Made by a program: the position numbers and the translations under genes. This document shows positions 1 to 6,809 of a DNA stretch of 23,139 nt, one piece after another. Every line of letters starts with the position of its first letter. Position 1 is the first letter of the stretch. Source of the stretch: Bacteroidales bacterium (GTDB lineage Bacteria; Bacteroidota; Bacteroidia; Bacteroidales; UBA12077); contig JANQHR010000168.1 in NCBI GenBank assembly GCA_028282585.1, positions 1-23,139 of the forward strand, written 5' to 3'. A model generated the notes under the pieces. It made no database searches. It had not been told where the DNA came from and saw nothing but the letters and a program-made list of their open reading frames with translations.

Positions 1-30
1 ACATAAAGTATAAATCCAAAAGATTTTTAT

Positions 31-62
31 AAAAAAGTAGCTGTAAAACTTAATCTACAGCT
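31..62 (-). terminator. Possible intrinsic terminator downstream of the XRE gene
   Basis: AGCTGTA (39-45) / TACAGCT (56-62) stem, with A-run 31-36 giving a U-tract on the minus strand. Confidence 0.35.
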
Positions 63-260
63 TCTCAATTTTTATAGTTTACTTACTTCTGAAATTGCCA
101 ATTTAATTAAAATAAAGTCCTTTACTAATGGCTGAGGTATAATTTAAACTGTTTAAATATAGTTCAGCTATACTCTTTGTAACTATTAGTAAGCATTATT
201 GAAAACTAATAATGAATTAATTTAGGGAATAACTATACTAACCGATTTATTCTTAGTAAG

Positions 261-473
261 TCAATATTTTTCTAGTAGTTCAGATAACTTAATCCCTAAA
301 CCTCTACAAATTTGTAGCATATATTTATAACTAGGATTGATATTACCTTTTTCTAATCTATTAATGGATGGTTGATCTTTCCCAATTTTATACGCAAGAT
401 CTGTTTGGGAAAGATTTTTGGCTATTCTAGCTTTTTTAAATTTTTCTCCTAATTCTTTTAACTCATCATCCAT
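261..473 (-). CDS. XRE/HTH_3 family transcriptional regulator (70 aa)
   Basis: LGEKFKKARIAKNLSQTDLAYKIG...SINRLEKGNINPS...ICRGLGIKLSELL is a canonical Cro/CI-type HTH. Confidence 0.92.
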   Translation of the reverse strand: MDDELKELGEKFKKARIAKNLSQTDLAYKIGKDQPSINRLEKGNINPSYKYMLQICRGLGIKLSELLEKY

Positions 474-507
474 GCAGTTAAAGTTGGACTTTTAATTCAA
501 GAATTAT

Positions 508-525
508 TATAACGAATTCGTTATA
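508..525. promoter_or_regulatory. Perfect 18-bp palindrome, candidate XRE operator
   Basis: TATAACGAATTCGTTATA in the short divergent intergenic region between the XRE gene and the secreted-protein pair. Confidence 0.7.
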
Positions 526-574
526 GTCAAAATATATTTTTATATTTATGGATTGTTTAATAAAAATAAATCGC

Positions 575-1036
575 ATGAAAAAACTTTTTATTATTTCTTT
601 AATATTAATAGGCTTTAAGGCTTATTGTCAAGATTTTTCAGAAAATCCTTTAGCATTTATACAAAATATTATTTTAGAAAATATTCAACCGGAAAATCTT
701 AACCCAAGAATTCCTAATGGATATGAAATAGTACTAAATGAGAAAGATCAAGTAATCGCTGAAAAAAGCATTAATAATCGAATTTATGATATAAAATTCT
801 ACTATGAGGCTAATAAACTTGTTGGAATAATAATTACAACGCATTCTGCTAAAATATTGAAATTACTAGAAGAAGCAGAAAAGATTAACTTTAAACTTCA
901 GAGTGAATCAGTTTATAATGATATAGAATCGTCAATTCATAAAAATACTATTAATGGTTTAGCATTGTTAATAACAAATAACGAAAGAAAAAGGGAAATT
1001 ATGTGTTCTATGTCTAAGCCAAAAAATCAGATATGA
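575..1036 (+). CDS. Secreted hypothetical protein, paralog 1 (likely start ATG 575 rather than 548)
   Basis: MKKLFIISLILIGFKAYC-QD is a typical Bacteroidota SPI signal peptide with Gln at +1; aligns with the next ORF. Confidence 0.8.
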   Translation: MKKLFIISLILIGFKAYCQDFSENPLAFIQNIILENIQPENLNPRIPNGYEIVLNEKDQVIAEKSINNRIYDIKFYYEANKLVGIIITTHSAKILKLLEEAEKINFKLQSESVYNDIESSIHKNTINGLALLITNNERKREIMCSMSKPKNQI

Positions 1037-1059
1037 AACCTATTTTTAATAACAATATT

Positions 1060-1539
1060 ATGAAAAAAGTATTATTAATTCTACTAGTAATTGTAAGCAC
1101 ACATGCTTATAGTCAAAACTTTGATACTAATCCAATAGGTTATATGGATAGTTTAGTATTAAAGAATCCCCAACCCACTGAAATAGTGCACATCCTTCCT
1201 CCTGGATTTAAAGTCATAGAGCAAACATATAAATATGTACGTGCTGTGAAGAAAATAAATAGTACATCACATAGCTTAGAATGTATTTATAAAAACTCCA
1301 ACTTAACAAAAATAGTGGCAGTTCTCAATCAAACTAGCGAATCAAATGCAATTAATGATATAAATAACTTACCTTACAAGAAAATGGGAACAACTACAGG
1401 GGTAAATCCAGAGAATACATCAGAGTATTGTAATAGTATTTTGTACTGTCGTAATGATAATTTAACAATGGCTGAGATTGTGGTATGGAACACTGGTTCA
1501 GTTGAACTTTATGTAAGAGAATATCAGTTATATGATTGA
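1060..1539 (+). CDS. Secreted hypothetical protein, paralog 2 (likely start ATG 1060 rather than 1033)
   Basis: MKKVLLILLVIVSTHAYS-QN signal peptide; ungapped similarity to the previous ORF. Confidence 0.8.
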   Translation: MKKVLLILLVIVSTHAYSQNFDTNPIGYMDSLVLKNPQPTEIVHILPPGFKVIEQTYKYVRAVKKINSTSHSLECIYKNSNLTKIVAVLNQTSESNAINDINNLPYKKMGTTTGVNPENTSEYCNSILYCRNDNLTMAEIVVWNTGSVELYVREYQLYD

Positions 1540-1601
1540 ACTAGAGAATTAGGAGCAAATGAAAAATAAGACCAAAACCCATTATCTAGTTTTTTTCATA
1601 T

Positions 1602-2051
1602 TTAACTCTGCTTGTCTTTCTTAAACATAATCAACTCAATAACTCTTGTATATTGTAATCGATAATTGAATTGGTTTTCAGTTTGATTGTGCAGTTCACC
1701 ATAGTCTTTATGTTTAGCGATACTTTTTAACTAATCAAGAGCTATATCTTCATGTAACCAAGTACCTTGTTTAAGTCCTGAACTATAATTCCCTTTTACA
1801 ACTTTTATAGATTCTGGATAAACATTTGATAGTTTATTTAGTGATATAGGCATATCTATATCACTCATATTGTGTATGTTACGAGCGTTACATTGACATA
1901 ACTTTAACAACATCATTGTTCGAGTAGGATTATCTAAAAATTTTGCAGGGTTCTTACCAAATGGCCTTGCCATCTCAGTAGCATTAACCATCAAACTATC
2001 ACCTTTCTTAAATGTAATCTGATTATCTTTATATTTAAAAATTTGTTCCAT
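1602..2051 (-). pseudogene. KilA-N domain (phage antirepressor-like) gene, truncated or interrupted by an in-frame TAG at 1731-1733
   Basis: IFKYKDNQITF...MVNATEMARPFGK...QGTWLHEDIALD are KilA-N motifs; the usual following FAQWLS helix is missing, and the frame stays open for 42 codons past the TAG to TAA at 1602-1604. Confidence 0.7.
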
Positions 2052-2613
2052 AGCATTTATCCTTTCTTTTTTTGATAAACACCTTAGAGTCTATATAGTG
2101 ATATTAAAATTCCAATATCACTGACATTCTGCATGTTAGAAAGATTATTCCAATTAATGCACGCAAAACAATATTAAGCCAACATCAACTCTAGGGTGTA
2201 GGGCTACTAATTAAAAACCCTAACCATTACAAATCTACATCCTAGTAATATAAGTACTTTCATAAACCATATGAATAATATACTTATAATCACAAGGGCT
2301 TTTTACTGACTAACTATCAGGTTATTAATGTAAACAAATGGTTGTTTTTTGACTATACCATATTTAAGATGGTATAAAATAATATTATAAACACATACAC
2401 ATATTTGCATAATTAATAATTAAAGGAAGTTACTATGAAAATCACTAACGTTATTTTTAATATTACTGAAAGGTATGTTGAAATTACAATATTTTAATTT
2501 CGTCATTTTCTAACCAGTAACCTAAATAAAAAACACATGTATACGTTCATTATAATAACAACGTTCTAATGAAAAATGCTCAGATATGTATCAGTATCAT
2601 TTAGCATACTTTT

Positions 2614-2919
2614 TTAAAACGTTATTATTGTTTTAGCCATATTATATTTTAAAGCCTGTTTATTATAATATGATTCAGCTTCTTTTTTCGAACTTAGAGA
2701 AAACTCTCTTCCATCAACAGTACGCCCAAATTGCTCATTTGATGGTATTATTTCAATAAGATCATATTCTGGAAAGAATTTACTTTTTACTTTAACTATT
2801 TTACCTACCTCAATTCTTTTATCATCAACTAAGAACATGTATACATTATCAGTTCTTTTTACTAATGAATAACTATATCCATTCTTTCTAAATCGTTCTT
2901 TTAGTATTCTAATCTTCAT
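2614..2919 (-). CDS. Hypothetical protein of phage/mobile-element type (101 aa)
   Basis: Clean ORF, co-oriented with the rep operon; FRKNGYSY...EV...E.IPSNEQFG pattern resembles small uncharacterised Bacteroidota MGE proteins (from memory). Confidence 0.7.
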   Translation of the reverse strand: MKIRILKERFRKNGYSYSLVKRTDNVYMFLVDDKRIEVGKIVKVKSKFFPEYDLIEIIPSNEQFGRTVDGREFSLSSKKEAESYYNKQALKYNMAKTIITF

Positions 2920-3080
2920 TATTGTTAGATTATTAAATCTTTAAACCGAATATTTAATATTTCTCTCAATGTGATGATTTCAATCCCTATTCCAATAATT
3001 CATCACTTTTAATTTTAATATTAATTGGATTGTAGTGTTACTTTGTGATCTCTCTTTGTTTGCGTTATAACGATTTTATC

Positions 3081-4022
3081 TCATATTAGATAACACTTCC
3101 TTATAGAAGTAACTTTTTTATCAAGTTCAATTATCAGATCACTTTTTACTGAAATAGTTGGACTATTTTTTATATCTCTTAGATCAGATTTTAAACGGCT
3201 GTAACTTTTTGGATCAGAAAACACTTTTTGAACTTTTAGTTCATCTAATATAGAATTAATATCTTCAGGATCTGTTTTATGAAGTAAAGCTCCAAATATT
3301 AGATTCAATGCATGTTTAGGTTTTCTTATTTCATTATAATTCAAAATAGAGATTCTATTGACTTTTTGAATCTTAATATACTCATTTATATAATTTTCCT
3401 TAAGTTTTTCATAAAATTCTACATTTATTAAATCTTCAACAGTTATTTCTTCTTTATCAAAGATTTTGTTCACTCTATTCTGATATTTTAGTTCGTATCT
3501 TAATATATTCTTTTCCTTATAAATAAATGGTGTTTCTACACTTTTATACTTCTTCTTAAATTCTTTTGATTTATCATAGAATATTAGCTGCTTCTTTTCA
3601 GTATTATAATATAGTGTGCTTAAAGAAATATTTGATCGGTTATAGCCTCTCTTTTCTCCTAAGAATGGAAAGTAATTTTGAACTGGTCTTTCCATTATAA
3701 AATTTGCTGCTAAATCAAATCTTGTAACTTTTGATAAATGAAAAGGCAATCCTAATTCATCACTTAATTTCTTTACTGCATCCTTCATTTCTAATCTAGA
3801 TAAAGGAAACAAATTATTACCATGATAGTATCTTGCTATACTACCTTTTAAAGAAATTCCAGCTTCACATATTCTAACTACGTAATTATCTAAGTATCCA
3901 GAATAGGATACACTTGATTTACTTTTAAACTCTTTCAAATTAGATAGCTTACTTGCAATAGAATCCAACTCTACATTATCCACTTTTGACCAATCCAACC
4001 ACATATATACTGTATCAAACAT
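3081..4022 (-). CDS. Phage/plasmid replication protein, gene II/X-like (Rep_trans superfamily rolling-circle initiator or MOBT-like relaxase)
   Basis: MFDTV N-terminus, LKGSIARYYHGNNL, TRFDLA (RxD), TLYY, LIFYDKSKE (putative catalytic Tyr, cf. YNKK in pT181-family Reps), ILRYELK (RxE); position directly after xis. Confidence 0.8.
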   Translation of the reverse strand: MFDTVYMWLDWSKVDNVELDSIASKLSNLKEFKSKSSVSYSGYLDNYVVRICEAGISLKGSIARYYHGNNLFPLSRLEMKDAVKKLSDELGLPFHLSKVTRFDLAANFIMERPVQNYFPFLGEKRGYNRSNISLSTLYYNTEKKQLIFYDKSKEFKKKYKSVETPFIYKEKNILRYELKYQNRVNKIFDKEEITVEDLINVEFYEKLKENYINEYIKIQKVNRISILNYNEIRKPKHALNLIFGALLHKTDPEDINSILDELKVQKVFSDPKSYSRLKSDLRDIKNSPTISVKSDLIIELDKKVTSIRKCYLI

Positions 4023-4037
4023 TAGATAAAAATTATG

Positions 4038-4091
4038 AATTGATTTTTACCAAATTTTGGTATAAGAACCAGCTTATTATAAGGATCAATT
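4038..4091. other. Nested inverted repeats upstream of rep; candidate double-strand origin/oriT
   Basis: AATTGAT (4038-44)/ATCAATT (4085-91) enclose TACCAAA-T-TTTGGTA (4048-62), ATAAG-aaccag-CTTAT (4062-77) and CTTAT-T-ATAAG (4073-83). Confidence 0.4.
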
Positions 4092-4095
4092 TGTT

Positions 4096-4374
4096 TTACT
4101 TTAAGGGAATAATGGCTTTTTCTACCTCATTACGCTTATAATATACACGTTTTCCGATACCATAAGATTTAAGCTTGCCTTTCTTAGTCCAATTATGAAT
4201 TGTGCTGAGATCGACCTTTAATAAATCCTTGACTTCGTTTCGTGTAAGATACTCTGTAGGTTCCTTAGGTTGGAAGTGTTCTGTTAGCTTGTTGAATCTT
4301 TTTTCAACTCCTTCTAAAATCTCATCTTTTAGCTGCTCAGGAGTTATGTTGTGTAATAAAGTAGTTTTTTGCAT
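4096..4374 (-). CDS. Excisionase-like HTH_17 DNA-binding protein
   Basis: EYLTRNEVKDLLKVDLSTIHNWTKKGKLKSYGIGKRVYYKRNEV winged HTH; integrase-proximal position. Confidence 0.9.
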   Translation of the reverse strand: MQKTTLLHNITPEQLKDEILEGVEKRFNKLTEHFQPKEPTEYLTRNEVKDLLKVDLSTIHNWTKKGKLKSYGIGKRVYYKRNEVEKAIIPLK

Positions 4375-4410
4375 AATAATTTAATTTTAATATTACACAT
4401 CAAACTAACT

Positions 4411-4440
4411 TTAGGTAATAATTAGGTAAAAGTTAGGTTA
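4411..4440. repeat. Three direct repeats TTAGGT(A/T)A with 11-bp period upstream of xis
   Basis: TTAGGT at 4411, 4422, 4433; adjacent near-consensus -7 box (minus strand TTAGTTTG, 4401-4408). Confidence 0.8.
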
Positions 4441-4463
4441 CCCTAGAAATGATAAACATAATT

Positions 4464-5261
4464 TTAAATAGTCCTTTTTGTTTTGAACTTTTTTGAATCT
4501 ACTCCGATATTAATAAGTTTATTATGAACGCTTTTTATCGTTCGTCCTTTCAAAGGATTATTTCGCTGATTTACAGATTTATTTATTATAGGATTAAGAT
4601 ATGATTGGACTGTTTTTGTCTCTATTCCTGTAAATTTGCTTATTATAGAAGCCAGTTTATTCGTACTAGTGTTAAAAGGTTCAATCTCCAATAAAAAATC
4701 AACGATCCCTAATTCGTACAAAAACACTATTTTTTCTGTCCCTGGGTTATCAATGAAATCTTCCATAGTTTTTATCTCGTTTATCTCATTTTCATCCATT
4801 ATATTCTTAAGTTTAGATTCTAAAAACTCTTTTTTTCTTATGAAAGAATACTTTGTTTTTTCTAAATATTCGTTATCTAGTAAATTTTCTAAAAGAACAT
4901 ACTTTTTAGTACTTGATATATAAACTGAGGATTCTCCCGTTGTAGAATGCTTCAATAATTCATCAATTTTAACTTTAACAAAATCGCTTTCTTTTGCATC
5001 CGAATACTTATCCAGAAACCGTCTTTTTAACTCGTCATAATGTATCTCATATACATTAAAGGGACAAAATTGCCAATAGTAATTATCATTTATACTTTGA
5101 TTATATAGATCTTTAAATACTTCTAGGAAGCTAAGCTCTTTTCTTCTAAGTTCATCCTCCTCAGCACTTCCTTCGCTTATTTCCTTATATAGATTGTTTA
5201 TTTCTACTGCAATTGTGTCCAATTTATTATTCAGTCGAAAAGATCTACTTTTATCGTCCAT
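4464..5261 (-). CDS. Hypothetical protein between int and xis; possible RteC-like activator with C-terminal HTH-like region
   Basis: 265-aa ORF starting 19 bp after int; C-terminal EKIVFLYELGIVDFL...NKLASIISKFTGIETKTVQSYLN resembles a helix-turn-helix; regulator role inferred from position. Confidence 0.65.
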   Translation of the reverse strand: MDDKSRSFRLNNKLDTIAVEINNLYKEISEGSAEEDELRRKELSFLEVFKDLYNQSINDNYYWQFCPFNVYEIHYDELKRRFLDKYSDAKESDFVKVKIDELLKHSTTGESSVYISSTKKYVLLENLLDNEYLEKTKYSFIRKKEFLESKLKNIMDENEINEIKTMEDFIDNPGTEKIVFLYELGIVDFLLEIEPFNTSTNKLASIISKFTGIETKTVQSYLNPIINKSVNQRNNPLKGRTIKSVHNKLINIGVDSKKFKTKRTI

Positions 5262-5280
5262 ATCTATTAAAAGTTATAAT

Positions 5281-6597
5281 CTAATTTACTTTTCTTAAAG
5301 GTACATTATTTTGTTGTTTCTGATATAGAGTATTAAAATATTCAGCAATTATTTGAGCGTTATCAATAGGAGGTTTTCCTACATATCCCAGGTATTGTGC
5401 TTCTGTACTGTGGCCAGTAATTGAGATTATTAATGCAGTTGGCATTTCACCGTAAAAATTTGTTGCAAAGGTTCTTCTCATCACATGGCTTGTTATTAGT
5501 TCCCATTTCTCAAAAGTTCCATGTTCTTTTCGATATGTTTTCTTTCCTGTCTTAGGATCTTTTGCCACAATCACTAATTTTTTTCCTTCAGTCAGTTCAT
5601 TTATTCCAGCTAATTTTACTACTTCTTTTATATGTATATTGAACTTCGCTGCACTTAAAAGGCGTGGAAAGTTTCCGTTTCTTTTGTTTAAGATTTCTTT
5701 TGCTTTTGGATGTATTGGAATAACAATATTTTTATTTGTCTTTTGTTGAGTAAAAGAAATTAGCTCTAATCCATTTCTAGTAATAATATTTTCATCGGTT
5801 AAACTTAGCAAATCAGAAATCCTCTGTCCAATGTAACAACCAATAATTAGCCAGTCTCTTGCATTGTCCAGAGCTTCACGTGTGAATTTTGCATTTTCAA
5901 TTTTTTGAAGTTCTTCAAATGATAAGAACACTTTAGCGACTTCATCTGTATACCCCTTAAATGCTTCTAGTTGTGGATGCGTTTCTATACCATATATTTT
6001 CGCATCCTTACATACTGTTTTAATAAAGGTTATATATCTTCCTATAGTATTATTTGAAAGTTTCTCTATTTTCTGAAAATAATTGATTAATTCAGTTCTG
6101 AATTTTAAATCAATGTTCTTAATAAAAATCTTTCTCCTACGGTATTTCTCAAATGCAACAAGTTTATTTTTTATAGTTGTATACTTTTTGATTGTTGCTG
6201 GAGAAACAGCCCTTTTACTTTTAGCATCTCTCTTATGAGGAAGATTTTCAATGTATGTTTGAAAATGATTTATTAGTCGATCTGGCTCACTTTCTTTTCT
6301 TTTCTTTTGAATTTCATTTATTTGTTCTTCTAACCAGTATCCACTAATTTCTGTTCCATTGGATATTGCATTGTTATAACGTTCTTCAACATTGTTTTTT
6401 AGTTTATCCAAATCAACCTTTAATTTTTTTAACGTTTCATCTCTTAAATAAGGTTGAGCTTTATCTACATTCCAATCTTTTGAGTTAATCGCATAATTGG
6501 TTTTTCTTTTATATACATTTTTACGATCAATTGATAAACGTATGTATATGCTTTTATTTTCTCCTTCGCTTTGTATTAAAAACTTTAATGTTGCCAT
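5281..6597 (-). CDS. Tyrosine recombinase/integrase (Bacteroidota type with N-terminal arm-binding and SAM-like domains); likely start ATG 6597
   Basis: Catalytic residues GQRISD (R), QQKT (K), HVMRR (HxxR), TGHS (H), YLGY (Y); -7 box at 6618-6625 lies inside the longer predicted ORF, favouring the MATLKF start. Confidence 0.95.
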   Translation of the reverse strand: MATLKFLIQSEGENKSIYIRLSIDRKNVYKRKTNYAINSKDWNVDKAQPYLRDETLKKLKVDLDKLKNNVEERYNNAISNGTEISGYWLEEQINEIQKKRKESEPDRLINHFQTYIENLPHKRDAKSKRAVSPATIKKYTTIKNKLVAFEKYRRRKIFIKNIDLKFRTELINYFQKIEKLSNNTIGRYITFIKTVCKDAKIYGIETHPQLEAFKGYTDEVAKVFLSFEELQKIENAKFTREALDNARDWLIIGCYIGQRISDLLSLTDENIITRNGLELISFTQQKTNKNIVIPIHPKAKEILNKRNGNFPRLLSAAKFNIHIKEVVKLAGINELTEGKKLVIVAKDPKTGKKTYRKEHGTFEKWELITSHVMRRTFATNFYGEMPTALIISITGHSTEAQYLGYVGKPPIDNAQIIAEYFNTLYQKQQNNVPLRKVN

Positions 6598-6617
6598 ATT
6601 TTTATTTCTATAATTAA

Positions 6618-6625
6618 CAAATATA
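6618..6625 (-). promoter_or_regulatory. Bacteroidota -7 promoter element for the integrase
   Basis: Minus strand TATATTTG matches TAnnTTTG, 20 bp upstream of ATG 6597. Confidence 0.65.
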
Positions 6626-6631
6626 AAAATA

Positions 6632-6703
6632 TTAGTCAACATTTAGTCAACAATTAGTCAACCAAATCCAATTTTATTCAATTTCATTCAATTGTGAACA
6701 ATT
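6632..6703. repeat. att-arm repeat arrays: TTAGTCAAC x3 (11-bp period) and CAATT x4 (10-bp period)
   Basis: TTAGTCAAC at 6632, 6643, 6654; CAATT at 6669, 6679, 6689, 6699. Confidence 0.85.
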
Positions 6704-6788
6704 CATTCATAGCTATGGAAGCGTTGTAAATATTAACGTTTAGATGATTTAACAAAGGGCAAGGAATTTTCGTAATTGAATAGTTTGC

Positions 6789-6805
6789 ACTCCGCTATGC
6801 TCCAC
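6789..6805 (+). other. att core: duplicated 3' fragment of tRNA-Ala
   Basis: ACT-CCGCT-ATGCTCC-A-C reads as end of T-loop, 3' T-stem strand, 3' acceptor strand, discriminator A; ATGCTCC pairs with GGGGCAT giving the G3:U70 alanine determinant; the 5' part of the tRNA is absent. Confidence 0.8.
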
Positions 6806-6809
6806 ACTA

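Larger units (their letters stand above)
1..6805. mobile_element. Integrative element (IME/satellite-like island), right-hand portion, inserted at a tRNA-Ala 3' end; left end lies outside the window
   Basis: Integrase next to a tRNA 3' fragment (6789-6805), followed by xis-like HTH, Rep_trans-type initiator, KilA-N and XRE genes; visibly more AT-rich than the genes to the right; housekeeping-type genes resume at 6810. Confidence 0.88.

Noticed and set aside
1731-1733. TAG reassignment (alternative genetic code) in the element
   Set aside because: The integrase ends normally at TAG and the other element genes are uninterrupted; a single lesion is simpler
2400-3080. Short ORF fragments (e.g. 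+ strand 20 codons from 2435; stop-riddled minus frame in 2920-3080)
   Set aside because: Too short, with no recognisable similarity; could be decayed genes but cannot be supported
4202-4923. Plus-strand ORFs 4202-4384 and 4636-4923
   Set aside because: Antisense shadows of xis and the 265-aa gene; Ser/Phe-rich composition with no motifs
6632-6703. Repeat arrays as a CRISPR array
   Set aside because: Units are 5-9 bp with 10-11-bp period, no spacers and no cas genes
6720-6805. Complete tRNA gene at the element boundary
   Set aside because: Only the 3' ~17 nt are tRNA-like; upstream sequence cannot form acceptor, D or anticodon arms
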